Shown one piece after another: positions 1 to 13,319 of a DNA stretch of 64,000 nt. Under the pieces are notes generated by a model. The model saw only the letters and a program-made list of their open reading frames with translations. It had not been told where the DNA came from and made no database searches. This stretch comes from Octopus vulgaris (taxonomy: Eukaryota), in NCBI GenBank assembly GCA_951406725.2, contig OX597817.1, forward strand, positions 27,528,001-27,592,000. Direction: 5' to 3'. Position 1 is the first letter of the stretch, and each line of letters begins with the position of its first letter. Position numbers and translations under genes: made by a program.

Positions 1-527
1 AAATAGGAAACATCAAATCTTGGAATTTCTAAACTTCGTTTTGACTAACTGCATAACTCTTATATATGTAATCCATAAGAATATTTCCAGTCTTCCTGAA
101 AGCAGTAATGCTGTGTACTTATGGGAAAACGAAAATCACATTTAGCTGTTGAGTACATTATCAGTTAACACGTCTCACTTGCGTAGATTTAGAAAGAAAT
201 TAGATTCGTAAAGTCAAGATGTAAAGCTCTTCGAACAAATACACTAAAGTATAGCGGAGGCTACGCGTTAAAGGGAATCGTTAATTAAATCAGCCCCAGC
301 ACGTCTTTTAAGTGTTGTATTTATTTTATATGTATGATCGAATTCCGCATTTTGTCGCCTACTAAATGTAATTAAAAGGATTTGACAAACTGAGTTACAG
401 CAGAAGATGCAGTGAGACTTATTCTAGAATTATATAATTATATATATATATATATATATATATAGCTGAAGGTGACCCGCTCTACGCGCGGGTAAGTGTG
501 TGGTTGTTACTTTCTGTTGCTTCCTTT

Positions 528-820
528 CAGCACGTAAAAAGCACCATCCGAACGTGGGCGATTGCAGCGCCGCCTTGACTTGCTTCTATGCCGGTGGCAC
601 GTAAAAAGCACCAACCGATTGTTGCCGCTGCGAGCCCCCCTGGCACCTGTGCACCCACTACACTCACAGATTGGTTGGCGTTAGGAAGTTGATCCACCTG
701 TAGAAACACTGCCAGATCAGACTGGAGCCTGGTGCAGCCTCCTGGCTTCCCAGACCCCGGTCACACTGTCCAACCCGTGCTAGCACGGAAAACGGACGTT
801 AAACGATGATGATGATGATG
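528..820 (+). mobile_element. 3' part of an RTE-related (Ceph-domain-like) SINE or bipartite non-autonomous element
   Basis: Internal repeats of gcacgtaaaaagcacc, an RTE-5'UTR-like ggttggcgttaggaag..catccacctgtagaaac motif, and a 3' end acggacgttaaac followed by a (GAT)n tail. Confidence 0.65.
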
Positions 821-1140
821 ATTCTCCGTCTTTGTTTCTCTCTCCTTGCTCTCTCACTTTCCCACTCTCTTACGTTTCTTTTCTCTCGGACTCTCCCTCG
901 CTTTCTCTTACTCTCTATCTTTATCTATCTCTCTCCCATTTATAAACAACAGAAGATCTTGAGTAAGTTGAGAAATAAAATATTTAGAAAGATCAATCAT
1001 AAATATTAGGCAGTGGCAACGGAAAGGTCTGCTTCAAAGCAGACAGAAAAACGCTAACATTTAAAAGGGACAGACGAACTTGCGAGCTGAATAAAAATAA
1101 TAAAATATTGGAAAGCAAAGTTTGAAGGGATAGAATCTGA

Positions 1141-1390
1141 GGATAGTAGAGTCACCATGACTGGCATTTCTTAACGACGGACAACAACGTATTGACAGTT
1201 TAACGGCTGGCGTAAAATTTTGAACTTGATGTAAAAGAAAATTCGTAAACACCAAGTTTTGAAGTGATTCTTTCTCACGACAGTAGACTCACGATGGCAA
1301 GCATTCAAAACTTCTTTATCATGGACGGCAACACATTGACGATTAAAAGGCTGGCGCAAATTTTTTAGCTTGATGTAACAGAGAATTTTG
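1141..1390. repeat. Diverged direct duplication (~135-bp period) inside the Helitron-like element
   Basis: gatagtagagtcac...ggctggcgtaaaattttgaacttgatgtaa versus gacagtagactcac...ggctggcgcaaattttttagcttgatgtaa. Confidence 0.7.
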
Positions 1391-2380
1391 TCCTAGAGGT
1401 GACGCCTTTCATTTAAGGAAAAAAATAGTTGACATGCAAACTTGCCAGCACTTTTAACATAGGTGTGCATATTTTCAGCTGAATCGACCGACTACGTAAT
1501 GCACACATTATATATATATATATGTATATATATATATGTGTGTGTGTGTGTGTGCACGCATTATATATACAAATGTATACAAATGAGATATATATCAGTA
1601 TAAATTAAATTAGAGATAAAACCACTAATAGGCAAATTAAAAAGTGAAAAACCAAAAACAAAAACATAAAAAAAAAATAATATAGAAAATATATAAAATA
1701 TAAAATTGAAAAATTTAAATTATTTAAATTGAAAATAAAAATTATTAAATTATATTTATAATTTGTTTAAAAATATATATAACTATGAAAAAGTATGAAA
1801 AAGTTTAATATACATAAATACAGATATATACACTTTGTATATATATACTATACATACATATTTATATATAGAACACACACACGCACATACATTATATATA
1901 CATATTTATATATAGAACACACACACACACACACACACATACATAATATATACATATTTATATATAGAACACACACACATATAAAGGAACGCAAGAATAT
2001 CTGATTCATAATATTTGTTCTCATGCTCGTGTGTTGTTGGTGACAGACAAATACTTAAAAGAACGCCGCCGATGTGATGGGAAGGTAGGAAACAGAGTCA
2101 GTGAAAAAGAGAGGAAATAGCGAGAGTGACAGATACTTTAAATAACGGTAGTGAACTTGTGAAAGTTATACTTGAAGAGGAGTGAGAGGGTAATAGAGGA
2201 AATAGCGTGAGTGAGGAAGATGGCCCCTAGCAACCACACCTTTTAAGATAGGGATTTCTAAGATAGCCCATGAGCATCGTCACCTCATTCTACGTGTCCC
2301 TGTAAATTTTGGAGCGAATCGGACGGGACGTAGTGACATTGAAAGCGATCCAAGCGGTAAAAACGCATTTCAGTTTTATA

Positions 2381-2414
<34 letters not shown>

Positions 2415-2739
2415 CTATAAAGGCAGTTGCTTTTTATCATCAGTTTTAGATGGAGATATTTAGATACAAACATAAAGGAATCTGATGACTCTACGAAGAG
2501 GATATAAAACTAATACGGCCATGATTCGCGCGCACTATTTTTCACATAAATAGTTATTTATATTGTCCATTATTATATGGCTTTTCCAATCGCGCTCGTT
2601 CACGTGTGTGTATGTATACATGTGTGTTTTTGAGCTTGCGGTTGCATGTGTGCGAAATCATGAATGACAATCGAGTTGTAACTTAAAAATATATTATGTA
2701 AACTTCGTTTCAAATTTTTACATAAGGACGGTAGTTACG

Positions 2740-2920
2740 AAGGAGTGGATAAGTCATTTTCATTGACCCCAGTGTTTAACGGGGTATCTATTTTATCGAC
2801 TCCTAAAAGATGAAAGGCGAAGTCGACCTCGGCGGAATTTGAACTCACAACGTAAAGACGGTTGAAATACCGTTAACCGTTTCGGCCAACGTGCTAACGA
2901 TTCCACCTGATCCCCCCCTT
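2740..2920 (-). mobile_element. tRNA-derived SINE, family A (Meta/MESC-like middle), diverged
   Basis: Matches other family A copies (gatgaaaggc.aagtcgacctcggcggaatttgaactc). Confidence 0.8.
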
Positions 2921-2946
2921 AATACACAGAGGTACATATATATCTA

Positions 2947-3862
2947 TATTTGGTCCTTCCATAAATAATGCAGTTTTTTCAATTGCGTGAAATTAATGTC
3001 GGGGGTGGACGGGATAATCTACCTGCATCAACTTGCTATAAAAGCGTGTAGTAATTGTACTTTCACCTTATTCTTAGTGCAAGTTTTGAAGAGTACAATT
3101 CGATCTTAACAGTTATTTTTTCAAAGCTATAATGGAAGAGACAGAGGAACATATTCGGCATATTTTGTTTTATGAGTTCAATAAAAGCAACAACGCAATG
3201 AAAGTGCGAGAAATATTAATGCAGTGTAGGGGATCGGACAATAAGCGTTAGCCAGTGTAGGTGTCGATGAGTGGTCATGAAAAGAGTCAATGAAAAGTCG
3301 GCAAATCGAGTCAATAGGTTCCTCACAAACTTTCCGAGTCTAATGACGACTAGAGAAACTTCTTTGCTGTTTTGACTCACGAATGAACCATTTTGAGACC
3401 GAACAGCGACTGGTGACGAGAAATGGATCCTCTATGAAAATTTCAAGTGCCAAGACAGTGGGTGAGCAGAAGAGAAACACCGGCACCTCAGGCTAAACAA
3501 AGCCTAGGCTAAAAGCTTTCCCCCATGCAAGTTGTTGTCATTTGTTTGGTTTAGATCCAAACCAAACGATAACAAAGGACATCTACTGCGAGCTAGAAGG
3601 CATCAGCGCTTGGAGAAAAACGGCCATCTTTGGTTTGAAGACGAAAAGTGTTCTTCCATATTGAGTGAGAGTGACATTCCAGCGACTGGAGCAGTTTGAA
3701 TGGGAAACGATGCCCCACCCACCATATTCGACAGACATTGCCCCATCTGATTATCATTTATTCAGCTGTCTTCAAAAGTCATTTGGCCGCAAAAATATGA
3801 AGTCTGTAGACGAGATCCGAACAGTACTGGAGGAGAACTTTTTGTCACGGACAAGGGAATTT
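2947..3862 (+). mobile_element. Mariner (DD34D) transposon remnant, pseudogenised transposase, 3' end lost
   Basis: MEETEEHIRHILFYEFNK start at ~3132, TGDEKWILYEN at ~3409 and HPPYSTDIAPSDYHLF in ORF 3665-4060. Multiple frameshifts and deletions; the sequence switches to an unrelated element at ~3863. Confidence 0.9.
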
Positions 3863-4346
3863 TGCCCCTTCTCTTTTTCCTCCTATTCTTTCCTCCTGTT
3901 TTTTTATTTGACCGATCTCCCCTTTCTAATCATACAAATCTCTCCTCAATCTATCTATCCATTAACACTACCAACATATTTAAATTTAACCCCAAAAAAC
4001 TCCTTGATCGACCAACACTGTTTACAAGGATATTTGCTTGGAATGACCAAATGTAAGTAACATCGGAACTCACACACCAAGTACAAGAAATTTTCTTCAC
4101 CAAAACCCTTTTTCACCACTTATATAGACCATTCTACTTTAATGATAGAACTACGAATACAATATCCTTATATATCTCACTTCTATATTCAGTCTCTTAC
4201 TTCCATCTGTATGCATAGCTTCTCCACAATAATTAATGCTCAAACACTTTCTTGTACCATCTCTGATGAAAGGATATATAAAATATCCCGGAAACAGCTG
4301 TAAGACATTTTCTCGATAAATGCAATGAAATCTATTTACTGCCTTG

Positions 4347-4347
<1 letters not shown>
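3863..4347 (+). mobile_element. Penelope-like element 3'/pLTR fragment carrying a hammerhead core
   Basis: Pyrimidine-rich UTR-like sequence, a minimal hammerhead motif at 4260-4305, and an end directly in a (TA)n tract. Confidence 0.55.
4260..4305 (+). ncRNA. Minimal type I hammerhead ribozyme (probably partly decayed)
   Basis: tct-CTGATGA-aa-GGATAT-ataaa-ATATCC-cg-GAAA-CAGCTG-TA-aga. Core boxes intact, 6-bp stem II, palindromic stem III ACAGCTGT, GUA cleavage triplet and 3-bp stem I. Confidence 0.6.
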
Positions 4348-4386
<39 letters not shown>

Positions 4387-4388
<2 letters not shown>

Positions 4389-4535
4389 GACGGGCTTCTT
4401 TCAGATTCCGTCTACCAATTCCACTTACAAGGCTTTGGTCGGCCCTAGGCTAAAGTAGAAAATACTTGACCAAGGTGCCACGCAGTGGGACTGAACTCAG
4501 AACTATGAGATTAGGAAGAAAGCTTCTTAACACAC
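4387..4535 (-). mobile_element. tRNA-derived SINE family B (CORE-like), 5' half
   Basis: Matches other copies: cttg.ccaaggtgccacgcagtgggactgaac. Confidence 0.85.
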
Positions 4536-7066
4536 ATATATATATATATATTCTAACTTATTACGTTTAGATAATCCTAGAACTTAACATTATATTAACG
4601 AATCTGTACAGACTTTATATATACACACATACACATATATATTCTGTGATGGGTTTTAAAAATAGAGGAAGTTCTTTTAAAATGGTGCAGTTAACTACGA
4701 AATAAGAATTAATAATGAAATTCTGAAAAAATCTTTAAAACATTTTTATCGTTATTTTTCTATAATCATTCTTCTAAAAATGAACAGTAGTCACGCAAAA
4801 CGTGCTAATATGCAGACTATTTTAGTTAAAATGTTCCTTGAAATGTTTTATCATATTTGTATATACAACTATGGAAAATAGAATTATATATATTTTAAGG
4901 TATATATTATACAAAGTGTAATATTTTTAAGTCTGTAGTAATTCATCCAGACGCTCACAGTAAAATAATTGTTTACTTGTTTTTAAAAACAAAAACAAAA
5001 ACAACGAAATTGTCATGAATATTTCTTGCAATAAACACATTAGTTATTATTGTTGAATACATAAATACATGCTAACCTTTATCGATAATTATTGGGAGTA
5101 TGCCATATAAACTGTGTTTGTGATACTATGAAATAGTATGTAAATAAAATAAATGACACTTAACTTACTGACTTTAGTTATCGAATACATTGATAGAAGA
5201 CTAAATTTTGTGCAATGATAACTATCGATATATTTTGTAAGAGACAAGGCAGCCACATTCATGAAGTTCTAATTACCATACTGCCGAAAACAACTACCAA
5301 GTGTTTCATGGCGAAAGTTTTTGTTCGTATATATTATATTAAAAATAGCAGTTCACCTTTTGATCAAGAATATTCTTGGAGTTGGTCCATTATAGATGGC
5401 TGGAAGCAAATTATTAAGATAGGTTTCGGTTATTAAAGACCCAAATCTAGCCGAAATATTTACAGTTTCTATCTCATCAATAGAACTCGTTCGGCTCCTA
5501 GTAGCAACTATCTCCTGAATATATGAATATTTTGAAAGGCGGTTGGGTACCTTTGAAGATTTAGTGGAAATTATGTGCATGTCGAGAGTTGATATAGTGT
5601 ATTCTCCGATAGCTTCCTCTATTCTGTAAAACATACCATCCGTCTACATTCCATTTTCATCTGAAATACTATGTCGTTGATCTCTCCTATCCAGGATAGC
5701 ATATCTCTCCTCATTCTGTTAAATAGAAAAGTTATTTAAAGGCGTATTACCAGACAGAGCATCTTCACACGAGATGCAGTGTTAGGTTTATACACTTGAA
5801 TAATCTTGCATCGACTTGCATTGTAAAGCTAAAACAAAATATATATCAGGGTCAAATGGACAAAGACATGAATGATATATAATTTGAAAGACTGCGAAAG
5901 CAACAGGAAAGGAGAAAAATTTCTATAGTGGCAGCAACTGACATAATAAAAGCAACAATTTCAAAAACAACAGCAATGACAACAGCAGATAAAGCCTCAT
6001 CAGCAACAGTCACAGTAGCAATGGGTGAGACGCAATCCTGTCCACAAATCATCTCCTCTCTCCAGGATGCATGAATCCTCGGAAGGTAAAAAATACAGCA
6101 AAATGATGTATAGTCAATATGCGTATGGAAGTATTCAAGAATTTATCGGTCTCTCCTGTGGCGGAAGCACAGTGACTCCCATGAAAGACACGGAACGTTT
6201 AGTAGTACATCTTTTGGCAAAGTTTGAAAGTACAAAAATATTCATAAATGGAAATTTATTTAATATCTATAGCATTTAAATATGTTTGAAAGGTATTTGA
6301 TATCCCAAAAGGGAACACATTGTATGGGTATGCACGGCAGCATTATACTTAATTTAGCAGAAACAAAAAATTGGAGGACTCACGTGATTGTGTCAATTGG
6401 GACCTAGTTATTAGATGTATGAATGACCAGACTGTATATATATGCAATACGTGTGTGTTTCATCACGCGCATGCGTATGAGGGGATTAATTTATTTTTCA
6501 TTTTATGTGAACGTTATTTTCAGGGACGTAGCTAATGTTTGAGACTTGTGGCAGCCCTTGACTTTGCACTACCTCTCCGCCTCCTTTAGATATCTTGCAA
6601 ACAACTTGCACATGCAAGTACTACCAGTCAAAAGCTCCGCATACCGGGAGCCAGCAAGTGTTTGGGGTCATCGGGAGAGAATGCGCGCCGTTTCGGGGCC
6701 TACCTCTCAACGGCATCAATGCGCACCGGCCCCCCTCACTGAAATGAGGCCCCGCTTGCTAGATCAGCTGGTTATAAAGTTAAACTCAATATCCTTCTAG
6801 ACATCGCTCATCGTCTCTTTTTAACCAAATCCAGTGGCTAGCCTTCTCCACTGTAGATTGGATATCACTCATGGTGGTATTGACTTTACGATGAGTTAGG
6901 CCTAGCGATAACAACAGAATAATTATCAGGAACCCCTGATTCTATATTTCCCATGTGTGTTAACCTTTAACAGAATTTATAGAACAGTAAATGCAACGGT
7001 CTCACTAGTCTAAGAAGGAATACAAGTGTCTAGTATTCTACCCCTTCCTCCAGCCTCAGCATCTAA

Positions 7067-7114
<48 letters not shown>

Positions 7115-7169
7115 ACACACGCGCGCACGCACACACACTAACACACACAGGCATACATACGGATATATA

Positions 7170-8462
7170 TCATGCTGAGTAAAAAGTATGCAACGTTTTG
7201 AAACATGAGATTCATCACAATATATTTCAACAATACGGAAATTTTATTCATCAAAGTAAGTACCATTACAATCAACACATTTTTTACCAACGATTTACAA
7301 GTTCGTTTATACAGGTAACATAAAAATTTGGAGTTCTGGAGCTGATGAACTCTTTGAGAGCATTTTCAGCTTCGGTTAGATTTTTGAACTCCTTCTCTCG
7401 CAAAAAACCACCAAGGTGCTTGGAAAATTGGTAGTCGATAGGAGTAACGTCTGGGGAATAAGGTGAATGGCGAAGAATTTCGTAGCTAAGTTCCCTCAAC
7501 TTCTGGAGCATCATTAGTGAAATGATTCCAGCAGTACACCGCCAAACAGTCAACATAACCTTCTTTTTGAAGAGATCTGGGCTAGAGAAAGTTTTCGATG
7601 CTTCATTTTGGTCCAACCACTGCGAAGAACGTTTTTTATTATTGTACATAATCTACTTCTCATCGCAATTTACAATACGGTTGGGAAATGGATAGGTCTG
7701 TTTACGGAGAAGAAGCAACGAACAAATTTCCTATCTGCACATTTTCTGATTTTCGTTCAAATCGTGAGGTAACCATTTCTCCAGATCTTTTGATTTTCCG
7801 ATCGCAGCGAACTTGAAGTTCTTTTACCAGTTCTAGAGTGGTTTTACGTGGATCGTTCTCAATGACGGTCTATAATTGAGCGTCATCGTTGACAGATGGG
7901 TGTCCACTACGCTCACGATCTTCAAGGCTCAGGTCTCCACTGCGGAGTCGATTAAACCATTTTCTAGCTGACTACTCACTTGTAATTTCTTCACCAAGCG
8001 TTTCGTTGATATCGCGAGCAATTTCAGCTTCTTTACGTTCTTTTTTTTTATTTGTGTAGCAAAATTGCCTGAATATCCCACTTTGACAGTTCCATTTCAG
8101 ATGACTGAAACAACGATTTCTTTATTGCCCACAAGTGGCTAAACATAGAGCTATAGTAAGGCAGGAAAAACATGTATCTCAAAAGACAACAGTTAATAAG
8201 AAATATAATTCTAATTTAACAATCCTTCACTAACTTCTCGAACGACGCACAAACACAATTCACGACCAACTCGGTCGCCGATGATTGTAACCACGGTGAA
8301 AAAAATATCAATGTTAATTTATTGATGCCTTTTGGGCAAGTCTGTGTCTGCATTATCAGACAATTGCAAAAAAAAAAAAGGTTTAAAAAATTGAAAACTC
8401 TGCAAAATCCTGGTACAAATTCCTCCTGGTTCAAAACGTTGCTTACTTTTTACTCAACCTGA
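7170..8462 (-). mobile_element. Mariner (DD34D) transposon with both TIRs; transposase internally deleted and frameshifted
   Basis: 33-bp TIRs at 7170-7202 and 8430-8462 (3 mismatches), flanked by TA. ORF 7284-7649 has KKVMLTVW and HSPYSPDVTPIDY; the segment with the second catalytic Asp is deleted. Confidence 0.95.
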
Positions 8463-8483
8463 TATGTGTGTTCGTGTGTGTGT

Positions 8484-8536
<53 letters not shown>

Positions 8537-8593
8537 TGTGCGCATATAGATAGATAGACAAGTAGTTAGATAGATAGATAGATAGATAGATAT

Positions 8594-8826
8594 ATTTCTT
8601 TACTACCCACAAGGGGCTAAACACAGAGGGGACAAACAAGGACAGACAAAGGGATTAAGTCGACTACATCGACCCCAGTGCGTAACTGGTACTTAATTTA
8701 TCGACCCCGAAAGGATGAAAGGCAAAGTCGACCTCGGCGGAATTTGAACTCGGAACGTAACGACAGACGAAATACGACTACGAATTTCGCCCGGCGTGCT
8801 AACGTTTCTACCAGCTCGCCGCCTTT
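8594..8826 (-). mobile_element. SINE family A, full length, inside a (GATA)n tract
   Basis: Head ggcggcgagctggtagaaacg (A box), B box gagttcaaattcc, tail gtaaagaaata. Confidence 0.9.
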
Positions 8827-8840
8827 AGATAGATAGATAT

Positions 8841-8926
<86 letters not shown>
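8827..8926. repeat. (AGAT)n microsatellite
   Basis: Direct observation. Confidence 0.95.
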
Positions 8927-9319
8927 GGCTATATAGATAGATGTATCCGCATGTAAGCGATTGTGTGTGTGCATGCATGCGTGTGAGTGCTTGTATGTGC
9001 ATGTGTGTATGAGTGTTTGTGGTATGCTTTAAATGTGCTGAATAGTTACTCAAGAATAAATTATATAGAAGTACTTGGGGAACCAACAGCCAAGATAACC
9101 TGAATGATAAGAAAGTCAAACAACTCACAGAAACAACACTATTTCAATTCACACAAAAGATGTTTGTGTGACATTTAAAGAGAGGTGAGGTTTTCTTTAA
9201 ACTGATTATTGACATCTAAATGTTAAGTTGGTATATTGTAAACGTTTGATCTTTTCGTTCAACTTACATGTGTTTTTATGTCTTCTCACTTTATATATAA
9301 GTACACACACGTATGTATA

Positions 9320-9376
<57 letters not shown>

Positions 9377-9518
9377 GTACACTAATATATGTGTTTGTGT
9401 GTGGGAGGGAGATATGTATGTATGTATTATTCGATGGTGATGTTCCTGTGTAGGTAGACCAATAGCACTAAGATATGTAATTATGAATGCTCATGTTACC
9501 GATGTATCTTTAAAGCGA

Positions 9519-9786
9519 TAAACGTCGCCCTTTTCAAACCTAGCCTGGCTCATGAGCCTGGTTTCCCGGTTTCTATAGCGTACGTGTGCCCCCCCCCGCC
9601 TCCCAGCTGGACGGGACGCCAGTGCATCGCAGCGTTACTCAAGAAACAGGAAGAAAGAGTGAGAGCTTCGTGGAGCCTTTAGGTGTTTTCGCTCAATAAA
9701 CACACACGAAACCCAGTCTTGGAATCGAAACCGCGATTCTCCGACCGCGAGACCGCTGCCCTAACCACTGCGCCATTGCGCCTCCA
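9519..9786 (-). mobile_element. SINE family C (tRNA-Arg-like head), internally deleted
   Basis: Head ggaggcgcaatggc..agtggttagggcagcgg.ctcgcgg..ggtttcgattcc; body with gcgatgcactggcgtcccgtccag. Confidence 0.85.
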
Positions 9787-10736
9787 AGGTATTTTTAGGG
9801 ATGTGCATTTGTCTTTGTAAGCGTGAGTGCATATATATATATATATGCATGCTTCTATACCATTGCACTAAAAACAATAATAAAGCTGTATTGGAAATAT
9901 AGAGTCTGAAGTGTAATAATATGCAAAGAACAAGTTACGAAATCAAGAACTCCATGAGATCCAGCAACGGTGGTCATACACCAGTCAACGAGAAACTACT
10001 TCCATTCAGCAAATATGCACATGACATTTGCATAATCTGATAGCTATTTCCGTTGATATTCTATATAGCATATTAGCAAGAAGTGACAGGAATGCGGGTA
10101 TTTGTCATTTTTGTTTCAGAAATGACAACTAAAATCGTATTTGGGTCTGATCTTCCCGTCTCGTAAGAAGGTCAATATGTGAAGTTGTCGTAGACGTTCT
10201 GTCACAACGAAAGATATGTTAGACACGATAGGAGCGTCATGCTTTTTTTTTATCATAACGTTTACTTCATTAGAGCTGAGGTGACGCAAAATCATTCTAA
10301 GAGCACAACACTTTTATTATGTAATTGCGCTGAAAATAGCAGCACTTGCTGTGTCCTAATGAAATATACATGAAAATATAAGTAGTCTTTGTCTGTTAAA
10401 CGCAACGAAAGTATGCAGGAAGAAAGCGAAAATATGCGAACTAACAAAGCTGATTCTACATGGTCGTTTTACCTAATTTGTTCTCCAAACACATACAACT
10501 GATCTAAGGTTAGAGAAAATATTAAATAATGTATTACAAAATTATGCTTCCTGAAAATTATACACAGGTCATGGATCAAACGTCTCTGGGAAAGAATCTG
10601 GTCAATTGAAAGTGTATTTAACTTAAACTCAAATGCAAGAATATATATATATATATATTGGTCTTTCACATTGACACAAGTTTCTAGCGGGACTTGTATT
10701 CGAAACATGCCGTAAGCAGACGCCATATGATATTTT

Positions 10737-11038
10737 GTGGAGGCACATGACCTAGTAATTAGAGCAGCGGACTCGCGGTCGAGTGATCGCGGGTTCGAAT
10801 CTCAGACCTGGCGATGTGTGTGTTTATGAGCGAAACACCTACGCTCCACGCGTCTCCGGCAGAAGACAATGGCGAACTTCTGCTGACTCTTTCGCCACAT
10901 CTTTCTCTCATTCTTTCCTCCTGCATCTTGCAGCTCAATTACGATGGACCGGCGTCCCGTCCAGGTGGGGAACCCATATGCCAAGGAAACCGGGAAACCG
11001 GCCCTTATGAGCCACGCATAACTCGAGAAGGAAGGAAC
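10737..11038 (+). mobile_element. SINE family C (tRNA-Arg-like head, anticodon-like TCG)
   Basis: gcagcggacTCGcgg and B box ggttcgaatc; body cgatggaccggcgtcccgtccagg..gaaaccgggaaaccggcc. Confidence 0.85.
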
Positions 11039-11678
11039 ATATGGCATTTGATCCGAGGAGATGAACTTCTGCTATCCCACGTTTACACAGAAGGGTATAT
11101 TGAGAGATATGAGAAGAACACATACTCTTGGTAAACAATGATGGCGCTCACAAAGCTTTTCTTCGTGTTTTCAATCGCATGAAACACATCTTAGCGTAGA
11201 AACAATATGTGTTGATATACATTTTCGTTAAGTATTTTTTCCTGGAAGATCAAAGTTGTTCTTAATCACTGATTTCTTACAAATTAACAATCAAAGAAAA
11301 ATATTATATTTGTATCCATGCACGTGCGATGCGCATGTGTGTGTACGGGCGCGCGCGCATGTGGTTGAGAATTTTCATGCTACATGCTTTCCTGATATTT
11401 CTGGATGTCATTTGCAGTTTTTAGCATAAATAGGTTTCAAAATCAATTAGCCCTACGGCATTATTGTAACATAATCTCATAATTATTTTCTATTGGAGTG
11501 TGTTTCTAACCTATTTTGCATTTCGAATCTCATAGCTACAAATAGATTAGTGCAGGAATGGCTGCGTGGTTAAACAATTCGCTTAGACATTGCGTTTCGA
11601 TAGGATATTGCTTTCTTACACAGTCTCAAGTCGACCAAAACCCTTTTGAGTAAAATTTGTTAGATGGATACTGATTGT

Positions 11679-11988
11679 TTTTTGTTCCTTCTCGAGCCAC
11701 GCCTGGCTCATGACGGCCGGTTTCCCGGTTTCCTTGGCGTATAGATTCCCCACCTGGACGGGACGCTGGTCCGTCGCAGGTGCGCTCCAAGATGTAGGAG
11801 GAAAGAGTGAGAGAAAGTTGGGGCGAAAGAGTCAGCAGAAGCTCGCCGTTACCTTCTGCCGGAGCCACATGGAGCTGAAGTGCTTTTGATCATAAACACA
11901 CACATCGCCCGGTCTGGGGTTCGAATCCGCGATCCCCCGACCGCGAGTCCGCTGCTCTAACTACTAGGCCATGTGCCTTCACACGGCG
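11679..11988 (-). mobile_element. SINE family C, same subfamily as 10737-11038, opposite orientation
   Basis: Reverse-complement match to 10737-11038; 9-bp direct flanks actgattgt at 11670-11678 and 11989-11997. Confidence 0.85.
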
Positions 11989-13319
11989 ACTGATTGTGTA
12001 GGCTTAATGGATCTACTGATGCTCTTCTCGGATATTTGACGCATTCAGTCTGATGATGACTTCTCAGCTTCCTTGTCACAGACACTTTGAAAGCATAACA
12101 ACACTTCATTTCCTCTTGCAGTTAATTCATTAGAAACAAAACAAAGCAATATTCTCTTCAAACGAAATTTCACGGACAGTTTTAAGTACAACAATCTTTC
12201 GCAAACTATGCAGACTTATATCTAAAATCTATTATAGCTACAATTTAGAAATACTTAAGCTTGAAGCGCGGTGATTGTAGTTAGGATTATAACCTTTAAT
12301 CGTTCGGCAAATTAATGATGGCAGTTTCGTTGCCACTGTTACCATTCATTCATATTGCTGCAAGACAAAATATGTTGGAAACATATCGATGTATGTGTTT
12401 TAAGCATTAAATGTAGTTACAAATGTTTAAAGACATATATGTGTGTGCTAGCATATATGTGTGTTGATATATGCAGATACATATATAGACGTATAGAATA
12501 TCTATAATATCACATATAATATCTATGAGTGCGTGGCTGTAATCTTATAAAATATATTGTAAATTTGTACATATATCTATGTCCTGCTTACTTAAAGTTA
12601 CATTTATTTATTTCCTACAAATTTGATAAAGCAGCCTGTTCGAACCTATTACATTGTCATTATTTCCCATTTTAGATCAGAACGTTTGTCTATTGCATTC
12701 GTTCATGAAAACAGTAAATACATATATATAACATATTTATCACATTGATATTAATTTACTTTCCTTCAAGTGATATGCAATAACATGAATGTTATTGAAT
12801 CGAAAAGTGACAACTGTTTCCTTTGTTTCGAGAGATTATATGTTTGCCAGTACAATCCTGTTTTAAACCAAGAGCAAGAGTCAATTACGAATGCTTTCCG
12901 CATTCTCTGGTGTTACTTTTCTAATTATTTGATGTTCTGATGAAATATTTATATGAACTCTCGTGACTGTTATTGCCTAAATTATTATAGGCGTTTTGTT
13001 GCTTCTGGAAAGTTCGTTTCATTGCACTTTACATCTCTTTACTTACTCAGTAATGCTTCGGGTGATAACAGCCGATGAGACGGCTCAAATAGCAGTAAAT
13101 TTTCTGTCGTTCCGTCTTGAAAAGGGCTTTCAATAATAAGAAAAACATGAAAATCTCGGGATTTCAAGCAGAATAACACTAATACTAATATTGGACCTCT
13201 TCACTTGCTGTTAAAAATGTTCATTTTTTGTTTAATTTCTCTTCTCTTTTCTCTTTCTCATCGTCGTCATCATCATCAACATTATTATTTATGTTGTCGT
13301 TGTCAACTTCGAATCCATT

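Larger units (their letters stand above)
462..2386 (-). mobile_element. Non-autonomous Helitron-like element (degenerate), interrupted by later insertions
   Basis: Left end (a)tagctgaaggtg followed by hairpin acccgc..gcgggt (475-493) corresponds to a Helitron 3' CTAG plus subterminal hairpin on the minus strand. Right end cagttttatatatata is the same as the end of the Helitron at 24815-25327. Confidence 0.6.

Noticed and set aside
2478-2515. CTGATGA-ctct-acga-agag hammerhead-like motif
   Set aside because: Followed by GATA rather than GAAA, with no stem I or III.
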